NCBI GenBank assembly: GCA_903927005.1
Contig: CAIYLH010000004.1
Coordinates: 19,177 to 83,176 of the forward strand
From: an uncultured Pseudomonadota bacterium
GTDB taxonomy: Bacteria; Pseudomonadota; Gammaproteobacteria; Steroidobacterales; Steroidobacteraceae
Direction: 5' to 3'
DNA length: 64,000 nucleotides
Shown: positions 56,677 to 64,000 of the stretch, piece by piece
How the letters are laid out: each line of letters begins with the position of its first letter
Numbering within the stretch: position 1 is the first letter of the stretch
Position numbers and translations under genes: made by a program
Notes under the pieces: generated by a model
The model's input: only the letters and a program-made list of their open reading frames with translations
Databases searched by the model: none
What the model was told of the DNA's origin: nothing

Positions 56677-58064
56677 GCACCCGCGACGCGGAGATCAGCG
56701 GTAACGATTTCATCGACGCGCGCGTCGCGCCCCGGGGCAGCCTGGAGAGCTTGTCGCAGCGCGAGATGGAGCAACTGCAGGGCCGCGGCCAGGGGGGGCT
56801 GCACCGGTTGTTCCGGCAGTGCGCGCTCGCCGTGCTGAACTCCGGCAGCCAGAGCGACGATCCGACCGCCTTGTTCGAGAAGTACCGAGATTTCGAAGTT
56901 GAGATCGTCCGCGAGTCATTCGGAGTCAAGCTCGCGTTGAGGAACGCGCCAGCCCTGGCTTTCGTAGACGGGCAAATGATCCGTGGCGTCAAGGAGCACC
57001 TGTTCGCCGTACTACGTGATGTCGTCTACATAGCCACCGAGATTGTAGACAGTGAGCGCTTCGATTTGCAGGAGCCCGCCGACATCACCAATGCGGTGTT
57101 CTGCATCCTGCGCAACGCACGCACGCTGGAGCACGAAGGCCGCCCCGACCTTGTGGTCTGTTGGGGAGGGCACTCGATCAGTCGAGTCGAATACGACTAC
57201 ACCAAGCTGGTCGGCTACGAACTGGGCCTGCGCGGCCTGGACGTCTGCACGGGCTGCGGGCCGGGGGCGATGAAAGGCCCCATGAAGGGCGCGACGATCG
57301 GTCACGCTAAGCAGCGCATCGCAGCCGGGCGTTATATCGGGCTCACGGAACCCGGCATCGTTGCGGCGGAGCCGCCCAATGCCATTGTGAATCACCTGGT
57401 GATCATGCCGGACATCGAAAAGCGCCTTGAGGCGTTTGTCCGGCTGGGCCATGGGTTCGTGATCTTCCCCGGTGGCGTTGGCACCGCTGAAGAGATCCTC
57501 TATTTGCTTGGAATCCTGCTCGATCCAGGCAACGTCATGCAGCCCGCCCCGCTGGTGCTGACCGGGCCTGCGGAATCTGCCAGTTGGTTTGCGCAGATCA
57601 ACGAGTTCATCGGCCTCACGCTCGGGCGTGAGGCGCAAGCTCGCTACCGGATCATCGTCGACGATCCGGCCGAGGTCGCGCGTACCATGGTTCAGGGCAT
57701 GGAGCGGGTTCGTCGCCATCGGCGCGAGGTCGGCGACTCGTATAATTTCGACTGGACGTTGCGCATTCCGCCCGACTTTCAGATGCCATTCGACGTATCG
57801 CATCAGAGTGTTGCGGCGTTGGATCTGCACCTCGACCAACCGCTGCACCAGCGCGCCGCTAACCTGCGGCGGGTGTTTTCGGCGATTGTCGCCGGCAACG
57901 TCAAGGAAAAGGGTATTCGCCAGATTGCCGCTCATGGCCCGTTCGAGATTCGTGGCGACGCACGGCTACTGCAGCCGCTGGATTCGTTGCTGGCGGCATT
58001 CGTCGCGCAGCAACGAATGAAGATCTCCGGGGAGTACCGCCCGGTCTATCGGGTGGTTTCCTAG
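56673..58064 (+). CDS. ppnN: Pyrimidine/purine nucleotide 5'-monophosphate nucleosidase PpnN (LOG family, YgdH)
   Basis: GTG at 56673 overlaps the upstream stop (GTGA). Long colinear similarity to E. coli PpnN as recalled: LFRQCALAVLNSGS, VVCWGGHSI, CTGCGPGAMKGPMKGA, MPDIEKRLEAFVR, IFPGGVGTAEEILYLLGIL, RAFSGIVAGNVKE-like. Confidence 0.9.
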   Translation: MSTRDAEISGNDFIDARVAPRGSLESLSQREMEQLQGRGQGGLHRLFRQCALAVLNSGSQSDDPTALFEKYRDFEVEIVRESFGVKLALRNAPALAFVDGQMIRGVKEHLFAVLRDVVYIATEIVDSERFDLQEPADITNAVFCILRNARTLEHEGRPDLVVCWGGHSISRVEYDYTKLVGYELGLRGLDVCTGCGPGAMKGPMKGATIGHAKQRIAAGRYIGLTEPGIVAAEPPNAIVNHLVIMPDIEKRLEAFVRLGHGFVIFPGGVGTAEEILYLLGILLDPGNVMQPAPLVLTGPAESASWFAQINEFIGLTLGREAQARYRIIVDDPAEVARTMVQGMERVRRHRREVGDSYNFDWTLRIPPDFQMPFDVSHQSVAALDLHLDQPLHQRAANLRRVFSAIVAGNVKEKGIRQIAAHGPFEIRGDARLLQPLDSLLAAFVAQQRMKISGEYRPVYRVVS

Positions 58065-58179
58065 GTAAAAGTCGCAATAGCTCAAAGCGTGACCCGATTC
58101 CGGGTTACCTGTGACGTAGTTCCTGTGGTGTGCTTCTGAGCGGACTTAGGCTGGAGCACAGTTTCAACAGGTACGTGGC

Positions 58180-58404
58180 ATGAGCGACATTAAGAGTCCG
58201 CGCATTTCCCCAGCCCTCGCGTCGGGCGATGTGGTCCGCACGGGTTCGACGGGGATGACAGGCCGTTTCGAGCGCCCGGTTCTGCCGCGCGTGCCGAGCC
58301 GTCACGGGGCGATTACCCGCACCCTGAACAATTACGCCAGCTACAAGCGTTGGGCCGAAAAGATGATGACTAACTGGGAGCCCGGCAAGGATCCCAAGGT
58401 CTGA
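58180..58404 (+). CDS. Hypothetical small protein
   Basis: 74 aa. Codon third positions are GC-biased like neighbouring genes. Weak RBS. Confidence 0.4.
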   Translation: MSDIKSPRISPALASGDVVRTGSTGMTGRFERPVLPRVPSRHGAITRTLNNYASYKRWAEKMMTNWEPGKDPKV

Positions 58405-58454
58405 CTGTGTTGCTCGCGGGCGTTGGGGGCAGCGCCACTGCCTCGGAGGTTGCG

Positions 58455-58544
58455 ATGGAACGCCTTCTGTTGCTAGCGGATGAACTCGATGATCTGTTTG
58501 CCATGATCTGGCAACAGGCGACGCGCTGCTTTATCCATTTCTGA
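58455..58544 (+). CDS. Candidate 29-aa mini-ORF MERLLLLADELDDLFAMIWQQATRCFIHF
   Basis: Not in the track (too short). Strong SD GGAGG 5 nt upstream of the ATG. Its core is duplicated in the next ORF. Confidence 0.3.
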   Translation: MERLLLLADELDDLFAMIWQQATRCFIHF

Positions 58545-58568
58545 CCCGAGCGCGGTTGACCCGCCGGT

Positions 58569-58850
58569 TTGGCCGCCCTCCCTGGAAATCACTACAGTCG
58601 CCTCGAGCGACTGCAGGCGTCGTTTTTGTTGCTAGCGGATGAGCTCGACGATTTGTCGCTCATGGCCCGCTTGCTGGCCGCGTGTGTGTTCGCCACTAAA
58701 AATCCCGCTACGACGATCGATGACCGTCTGCCCCTTCGGCTCATCTGCCTTTGGCGTGCTCTGCGGTCACTGAATCGGAGCTGGAACGAGGGTTGCGGCG
58801 TGGGGCCGATCCCGAAGTTCCGTGCGGCTAAGAGCCCAGAAAGCGGTTGA
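58569..58850 (+). CDS. Hypothetical protein carrying a paralogous LLLADELDDL segment
   Basis: 93-aa track ORF with TTG start and no SD. Confidence 0.3.
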   Translation: MAALPGNHYSRLERLQASFLLLADELDDLSLMARLLAACVFATKNPATTIDDRLPLRLICLWRALRSLNRSWNEGCGVGPIPKFRAAKSPESG

Positions 58851-58968
58851 AGCAACGGCGGCCTCGAGGGTATCGTGCGCGCCGAACCTACCCTACCCGC
58901 GGGCCGGAGAGGAGGCGAGTGCCACTGCGCGCCGCCTACCTGGATAGCCCCTTATCTGGAGATTCTCG

Positions 58969-59733
58969 ATGAACCGAGCGCAACGGATCGCGCTGCTCGC
59001 TGCTGTGGCGCTGGCGCCGACGGCGTACGCCGATGCACCACCCCCGGAAGGTGTCTGGCTCGGCACTGGCCAGGGCGGCCTGCTGTTATCCAGTGGCAAT
59101 TCCAGTTCGACGTCGCTGAACGCCAAACTAGACCTAGCCCGCATCGATGGGCAGTGGAAGAAAGTGATTTTCTTCGGCGGCTTGTATGGCAAGAACAATG
59201 GAATCACCAGCGGCGAGCGCGTCGAGGCCCGTTACCGGCTTGACCATACCCTTAGCGCCCATAGCTTCTGGTTCACGGGCGTCGACGGTGTTCGTGACCA
59301 GTTCAGCGGTTTCGCCTACCAGCTGACCGCTTCGAGCGGCGCTGGCTACAAGTTCATCGACGGCGAGGCGACCACGCTGGCGGGAACGTTCGGTCTTGGC
59401 TACCAGCGACTAGCGCCGCAGTCGTTGTTGAAGGATGCCGGCGGGGCGGTCGTGCAGCGCATCAAAGGCCCTGCGCAGGGCAATGTCGTAGGCGCCGCCG
59501 GGCTCGACTACGTGCATACGCTGACGGCTTCGACGAAGCTGACCGACAAGTTGTTCGTGACTTCGGGGTCGGCGGATACCGCCGTGTCCAACGACATGGC
59601 GGTCGTGGTCAGCATGAGTGACCGGCTCGCGCTCAGCGTCGGCTACGGCGTGCGTTACAACACGAAGCCTGCGATCGGCGTGAAGAAGCTTGATCAGGTG
59701 ACAACGGTCAACGTCGTCTACAACATCAAGTAG
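58969..59733 (+). CDS. DUF481 (YdiY-like) outer-membrane beta-barrel protein
   Basis: 254 aa. Signal peptide MNRAQRIALLAAVALAPTAYA. Contains GGLLLSSGNSSSTSLNAKLDL. Alternating beta-strand pattern. Ends VVYNIK. Confidence 0.75.
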   Translation: MNRAQRIALLAAVALAPTAYADAPPPEGVWLGTGQGGLLLSSGNSSSTSLNAKLDLARIDGQWKKVIFFGGLYGKNNGITSGERVEARYRLDHTLSAHSFWFTGVDGVRDQFSGFAYQLTASSGAGYKFIDGEATTLAGTFGLGYQRLAPQSLLKDAGGAVVQRIKGPAQGNVVGAAGLDYVHTLTASTKLTDKLFVTSGSADTAVSNDMAVVVSMSDRLALSVGYGVRYNTKPAIGVKKLDQVTTVNVVYNIK

Positions 59734-59902
59734 GGGCGGGCTGCCCAATGCGTTATGCGCCGGCGACCCCCTCGACCCTTGGAGGACGGCGCGCATGTCT
59801 CCGTAGGCGCAGCGACCCGCCGCCGCCACCCCGGCAGGGGATGGAATCGACCTCGTAGGTCAGCCCAACGGGAACTGAATGCCCGCCAATGGTGCTGTGC
59901 CC

Positions 59903-59929
59903 CTTGAAACCTACCGCCGAGCCCCTAGA
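59903..59929 (+). promoter_or_regulatory. RpoH (sigma-32)-type heat-shock promoter for htpG
   Basis: CCCCTTGAA-N13-CCCCTAGA, against the consensus CTTGAA-N13-15-CCCCATnT, about 70 nt upstream of the htpG ATG. Confidence 0.6.
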
Positions 59930-59997
59930 GTGAGCGCGCCGGCCATGCATGGCGGGCGCCGTTTCATGTCTACCACCAGTTCCGGGACCCAGCCGCC

Positions 59998-61911
59998 ATG
60001 ACTTCGACCCCCCAGCGAGAAACCCACGGTTTCCAGGCCGAGGTGAAGCAACTGCTTCGCCTGATGATCCATTCGCTCTATTCGAACCGTGAGATCTTCC
60101 TGCGGGAGCTGATCTCCAACGCCTCCGACGCCTGCGACAAGCTGCGCTTCCGGGCGTTGGCAGAGCCGGCACTGCTCGAGGGCGCGCCGGAGCTGCAGGT
60201 CGACGTTGATTTTGACGCCGCCGCTGGCACCCTGACGATCACCGATAGCGGTATCGGCATGACCCGCGAAGACGTCATCGATCACCTGGGTACGATCGCC
60301 AAGTCCGGGACCGCGGAATTCCTGGCGCACCTGTCCGGTGACCAGCAGAAGGATGCGCAGCTGATTGGCCAGTTTGGTGTCGGCTTTTACTCGGCTTTCA
60401 TCGTCGCCGACAAGGTCGAGGTGTACACCCGTCGCGCCGGCGTGGCGGCCGATCAGGCCGTGCGATGGGAATCCGATGGTTCGGGCGAATTCACGGTCGA
60501 GGCGGTGACGCAGGAGGCCCGCGGAACGCGGGTCGTGCTGCATCTGAAGGAGGATGCACGCGAATACGCCGATGGCTGGCGTCTACGCGGCTTGGTCAAG
60601 CGCTACTCCGACCACATCGCGTTTCCGGTGCGGATGGCCAAACAGGGCGAGTCCGGCGCTGAGGCACCGGTGGCCGATCGCGAGGCGGTAAATACGGCGC
60701 AGGCGCTCTGGACCCGGCCGCGTACTGAGCTCAAGGACGAGGATTACACGGAGTTCTACAAGCACGTCGCTCACGACTTTACGGCGCCGCTGGCTTGGTC
60801 GCACAACCGAGTAGAGGGCAAGCGCGAGTACACGACGCTGCTGTACGTGCCGGCGCGGGCACCGTTCGACCTGTGGAGCCGCGACGCGGCTCGCGGGCTC
60901 AAGCTTTACGTCAAGCGCGTCTTCATTCTCGACGACGCCGATCAGTTTCTGCCGCTGTACCTGCGCTTCGTGAAGGGTGTGGTCGACTCTGCGGACCTTT
61001 CGTTGAACGTGTCGCGCGAGTTGCTGCAGCAAGATCCCGACATCGAGGCGATGCGCGGCGGCATCACTCGGCGTGTGCTCGACATGCTGACCAAGCTCGC
61101 CAAGGATGAACCTGAGAAGTACGTTCCGTTCTGGAAGGAGTTCGGTCAGGTGCTCAAGGAGGGTGTGGCCGAGGATCCGACGAACCGGGAGCGCATCGCC
61201 AAGCTGCTGCGCTTCGCCTCGACCCATACCGAGCTCGAAGTGCAGGATCAGGCGCTCGACGACTACGTGGGTCGCATGCGTCCCGGCCAGAAGCATATTT
61301 ACTACGTGTTGGCGGAGACCTGGAACGCTGCCCGTCAGAGCCCGCATTTGGAGCGCCTGAAGCAGAAGAATGTCGAAGTGCTGCTGCTGCACGACCGCGT
61401 CGACGAATGGATGATGTCCTACCTAGGCGAAATCGACGGCAAGAGTTGTCATGACGTTGGTCGCGGCGATCTAGACCTCGGCGAGCTGGTTCCTCCCGAG
61501 GAGCGTGCGGCTGAAGAGAAGAGCAACGAGGCCTCCCTCGAGCTCTGCGGCCGTCTCAGGGAGGCGCTTGCGGGGCGTGTGGAGTCGGTGCGGGCGACCC
61601 AGCGGCTCGCGGAGTCACCGGCGTGCCTGGTACGGGGCGAGGGCGAGATCGGTGCGCAGATGCGTAAGCTGATGGAGGCTACCGGCCAGTCGCTGCCAGT
61701 GACGCGACCGACGCTGGAGGTCAATCCGGCCCATCCCCTGGTTGCCCGGCTTGCCTCATTGCCTGAGGGCGAGTCGTTTACCGATCTTGCGGGTCTGCTG
61801 GTCGATGAGGCGACGCTCGCCGAGGGAGGCCAGCTTGCCGAGCCTGCCGAGTTCGTGCGGCGGCTGAATCGACTGCTGCTCGCCGGCGTGGCGACGGTAG
61901 CCGCGGCATAA
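59998..61911 (+). CDS. htpG: Molecular chaperone HtpG (Hsp90)
   Basis: 637 aa. Contains [44 protein letters not shown] and [18 protein letters not shown]. Confidence 0.95.
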   Translation: MTSTPQRETHGFQAEVKQLLRLMIHSLYSNREIFLRELISNASDACDKLRFRALAEPALLEGAPELQVDVDFDAAAGTLTITDSGIGMTREDVIDHLGTIAKSGTAEFLAHLSGDQQKDAQLIGQFGVGFYSAFIVADKVEVYTRRAGVAADQAVRWESDGSGEFTVEAVTQEARGTRVVLHLKEDAREYADGWRLRGLVKRYSDHIAFPVRMAKQGESGAEAPVADREAVNTAQALWTRPRTELKDEDYTEFYKHVAHDFTAPLAWSHNRVEGKREYTTLLYVPARAPFDLWSRDAARGLKLYVKRVFILDDADQFLPLYLRFVKGVVDSADLSLNVSRELLQQDPDIEAMRGGITRRVLDMLTKLAKDEPEKYVPFWKEFGQVLKEGVAEDPTNRERIAKLLRFASTHTELEVQDQALDDYVGRMRPGQKHIYYVLAETWNAARQSPHLERLKQKNVEVLLLHDRVDEWMMSYLGEIDGKSCHDVGRGDLDLGELVPPEERAAEEKSNEASLELCGRLREALAGRVESVRATQRLAESPACLVRGEGEIGAQMRKLMEATGQSLPVTRPTLEVNPAHPLVARLASLPEGESFTDLAGLLVDEATLAEGGQLAEPAEFVRRLNRLLLAGVATVAAA

Positions 61912-61955
61912 TGGCTGCTACTTCAACAATGGCGGCCGCTGGCCGTGGAGAGACG

Positions 61956-62423
61956 ATGAAAAGCCTATTCGGACTGCTCGCGGCATTGGCACTGGTCTCG
62001 TCCGCCGCCTTCGCGGACTCGGCTCCGGCCCCGGCCCCGGTGGTCGCCCCTGTGTCCATCGAGGGCCTGACCATCACCGAGCTGCAGCCGGGCCCGGCGG
62101 ATGCCATCGCGGTCAAGGCGGGCGACTTCGTGCGCGTGCATTACACCGGTTGGCTGTATGACCCGAGCAAGAAGGACGGCAAGGGCACCAAGTTCGACAG
62201 CTCGCTGGATAACCACAGCCCGTTCCTGTTCCAGCTTGGGCAGGGTCGGGTGATCCGCGGCTGGGATCTCGGTGTCGAGGGCATGCGTGCAGGCGGCCAC
62301 CGACGGCTACTGATCGCCCCGGCGCTGGGTTACGGTGCCCGCGGTGCGGGTGGCGTGATCCCGCCGAACGCGACGCTGCTGTTCGACGTCGAGCTGATCG
62401 ACTTCCGGCCGGGTGGTGGCTGA
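61956..62423 (+). CDS. FKBP-type peptidyl-prolyl cis-trans isomerase, secreted
   Basis: Start at MKSLFGLLAALALVSSAAFA. Contains VHYTGWL...FDSS...PFLFQLGQGRVIRGWDLGVEGMRAGG...IPPNATLLFDVELIDF. Confidence 0.9.
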   Translation: MKSLFGLLAALALVSSAAFADSAPAPAPVVAPVSIEGLTITELQPGPADAIAVKAGDFVRVHYTGWLYDPSKKDGKGTKFDSSLDNHSPFLFQLGQGRVIRGWDLGVEGMRAGGHRRLLIAPALGYGARGAGGVIPPNATLLFDVELIDFRPGGG

Positions 62424-62431
62424 CGTTCTCG

Positions 62432-63082
62432 GTGTCCGAGCAGGCCACCCCGTTTCGGCCGCCCACGCCTGAGAGTGTGGTGGTCGCAGGCCCGGCCGGC
62501 GCGATCGAGGCGCTGGTCGAGGTCCCCGCAGAATTTGGCGGGCGTCAGGTTGCTATCGTCTGCCATCCGCACCCGCTGTATGGCGGCACGATGCGCAACA
62601 AGGTTGTGCACATGACCGCCCGCGCGCTGCAGGAGCGCGGCCTGGCGACCGTGCGCTTCAATTTCCGGGGCGTGGGGGCTAGCGAAGGTGCCTTCGACGA
62701 TGGTCGTGGCGAGACCGACGATGCGCTGGCGGTAGTCGACTGGGCGATGGCTCGCTGGCCTGGCGCCGAACTTACGATGGCGGGGTTTTCGTTCGGCTCG
62801 TTCGTCGCGTTCCAGGTCGCCAGCCGGCGCCAGGTCGTGCGCTTGCTGACGATTGCTCCGCCGGTGCGCCGTTTCGACTTCGATCGCTATCCGGTGCCTG
62901 CCGTGCCGTGGACGGTGATACAGGGCGATTGCGATGAGTTGGTGGAGTACGCCTCGGTCGTCGCGTGGGCGGAGTCGGCACAGCCGGCGCCGCAGCTGGT
63001 GACCCTCCAAGGGGCGGAGCATTTCTTCCACGGCCGGCTCAACGAGCTCATGGCCGCGGTCAAGGGTGCGCTGCAAGCCTGA
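62432..63082 (+). CDS. Alpha/beta hydrolase (COG2945-like)
   Basis: 216 aa with GTG start. Contains CHPHPLYGGTMRNKVV and GFSFGSFVA (nucleophile elbow GxSxG). Confidence 0.8.
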   Translation: MSEQATPFRPPTPESVVVAGPAGAIEALVEVPAEFGGRQVAIVCHPHPLYGGTMRNKVVHMTARALQERGLATVRFNFRGVGASEGAFDDGRGETDDALAVVDWAMARWPGAELTMAGFSFGSFVAFQVASRRQVVRLLTIAPPVRRFDFDRYPVPAVPWTVIQGDCDELVEYASVVAWAESAQPAPQLVTLQGAEHFFHGRLNELMAAVKGALQA

Positions 63083-63116
63083 AGGACGTTTGCGGCCATT
63101 ACGAAGCGCAGAAATG

Positions 63117-63146
63117 AAAAAGCCGGGGCTTTCGCCCCGGCTTTTT
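63117..63146. terminator. Bidirectional rho-independent terminator AAAA-AGCCGGGGC-TTTC-GCCCCGGCT-TTTT
   Basis: 9-bp stem flanked by an A run and a T run, between the convergent hydrolase and HU-like genes. Confidence 0.85.
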
Positions 63147-63179
63147 GGCTGCCTGGCCCGAAGGCCCGGCGCAGCCCGC

Positions 63180-63491
63180 TCAGTTCACGAAGGACTTGAG
63201 CGACTTCAGGGCGACTGCGCGCACCTTCTTCGAGGCCGGCTTCGCCTTGAAGGTCATCTTCTCACCCGTGAACGGGTTGACGCCTTCGCGAGCCTTGCTG
63301 GCCGGCTTCTTCACGACCTTGAGCTTCAGCAGGCCCGGCAGTGTGAAGAGACCCGAGCCGCGCAGGCTCTTCTTGATGATGCCATTCAGCGACTCGAAGA
63401 CAGCTCCGACCTGCTTCTTCGAGAGCTCCGTGTCCTTCGCAATCTGCGCGAGAATTTCGGACTTGGTCGGGGCTGCGTTCTTTTTCGCCAT
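63180..63491 (-). CDS. HU-family DNA-binding protein with Lys-rich N-terminal extension
   Basis: 103 aa. Contains KSEILAQIAKDTELSKKQVGAVFESLNGIIKKSL...GLFTLPGLLKLKVVKKPASKAREGVNPFTGEKMTFKAKP. Confidence 0.85.
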   Translation of the reverse strand: MAKKNAAPTKSEILAQIAKDTELSKKQVGAVFESLNGIIKKSLRGSGLFTLPGLLKLKVVKKPASKAREGVNPFTGEKMTFKAKPASKKVRAVALKSLKSFVN

Positions 63492-63698
63492 TGTGTTCTC
63501 CTGAGAGTTTCTGTTCTTGGCCGTTGTTTTTTTACGGATTCTTCGCTTTAGTCCGCTCGCCGAATCAACTCACAGAGTGGTTCGAGTGACGCCGAAAGTC
63601 GAGAAAATCAGCCTAAAAACTACTGCCCCTTGACTAGATCGATCGAGACAATAACACACCGAAAGCGGAATTCCACTACGTTTTACGATGTTTCTGCT

Positions 63699-63998
63699 CT
63701 ATCGATGAAGAGAAAGTTGCTCGGCGAGTTCGGCTGGAAGCTCACTTGGCGCCCTGATACGTACCGTTTTTTCACGTCCAGTCATGCCGCGGACGAGTTC
63801 GGTCCGTGAGGGAGCTACCCCGAAACGGCCCGCAAGATAGCGCAGCAGGTACGCATTCGCGGCGCCATCAACCGGCGGTGCGGTGATGCGGACCTTGAGT
63901 CGGGTCGTTTCCAGTACCAGCTCATCACGCGAGGCACGCGGCTGCACGCGCAGGGTTAGCACTAGGTCGGCGCCTTCCCAGCGGTGCCAGCTCGTCAT
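63699..63998 (-). CDS. yggU: DUF167 (YggU) family protein
   Basis: 99 aa. Contains LTLRVQPRASRDELV...LKVRITAPPVDGAANAYLLRYLA...GREKTVRI. Confidence 0.85.
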   Translation of the reverse strand: MTSWHRWEGADLVLTLRVQPRASRDELVLETTRLKVRITAPPVDGAANAYLLRYLAGRFGVAPSRTELVRGMTGREKTVRIRAPSELPAELAEQLSLHR

Positions 63999-64000
63999 CC

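Overview
GC-rich proteobacterial chromosome segment, roughly two-thirds G+C by eye. The core gene order (rpsU-yqeY-dnaG-rpoD with divergent tsaD, then folB-folK, cca, degQ, hsp20, nrdJ, htpG) is typical of Gamma/Betaproteobacteria. Most of the window is housekeeping, envelope and transport/catabolic genes on both strands. The high GC content produces many long antisense ORFs in the track, and I reject these as spurious. I found no CRISPR array, rRNA, transposase/IS or recognisable defence system. Four things are invisible or misleading at the ORF level. (1) A tRNA-Ile(CAU) gene at 1403-1756 is split after its anticodon by a 278-nt ORF-less group I intron resembling the Azoarcus tRNA-Ile intron. 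(2) A 5.3-kb P4-type integrase island (1757-7058) sits in the 3' end of that same tRNA. It is bounded by a 14-bp direct repeat and carries GGGGGTA-type arm repeats at both ends. Its replication-like operon is translationally coupled, so it may be a minimal phage satellite. (3) The class II ribonucleotide reductase gene nrdJ carries a 375-aa LAGLIDADG intein inserted exactly in front of the catalytic Cys of the NPCGEQ motif. The gene is also split into nrdJa/nrdJb and is preceded by an AT-rich leader with two NrdR-box palindromes. (4) rmuC at the left edge is absent from the ORF track. Lower-priority observations: an operon of paralogous secreted lipoproteins sharing a split Cys-containing module, a GntR-controlled TonB-receptor / periplasmic hydrolase / Na+-symporter locus of unknown substrate, a DUF2946-TonB receptor pair, RpoH-type promoters in front of hsp20 and htpG, and a tandemly duplicated mini-ORF region. 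Family assignments rest on motifs read from the translations and on recalled family knowledge. No database search was run.
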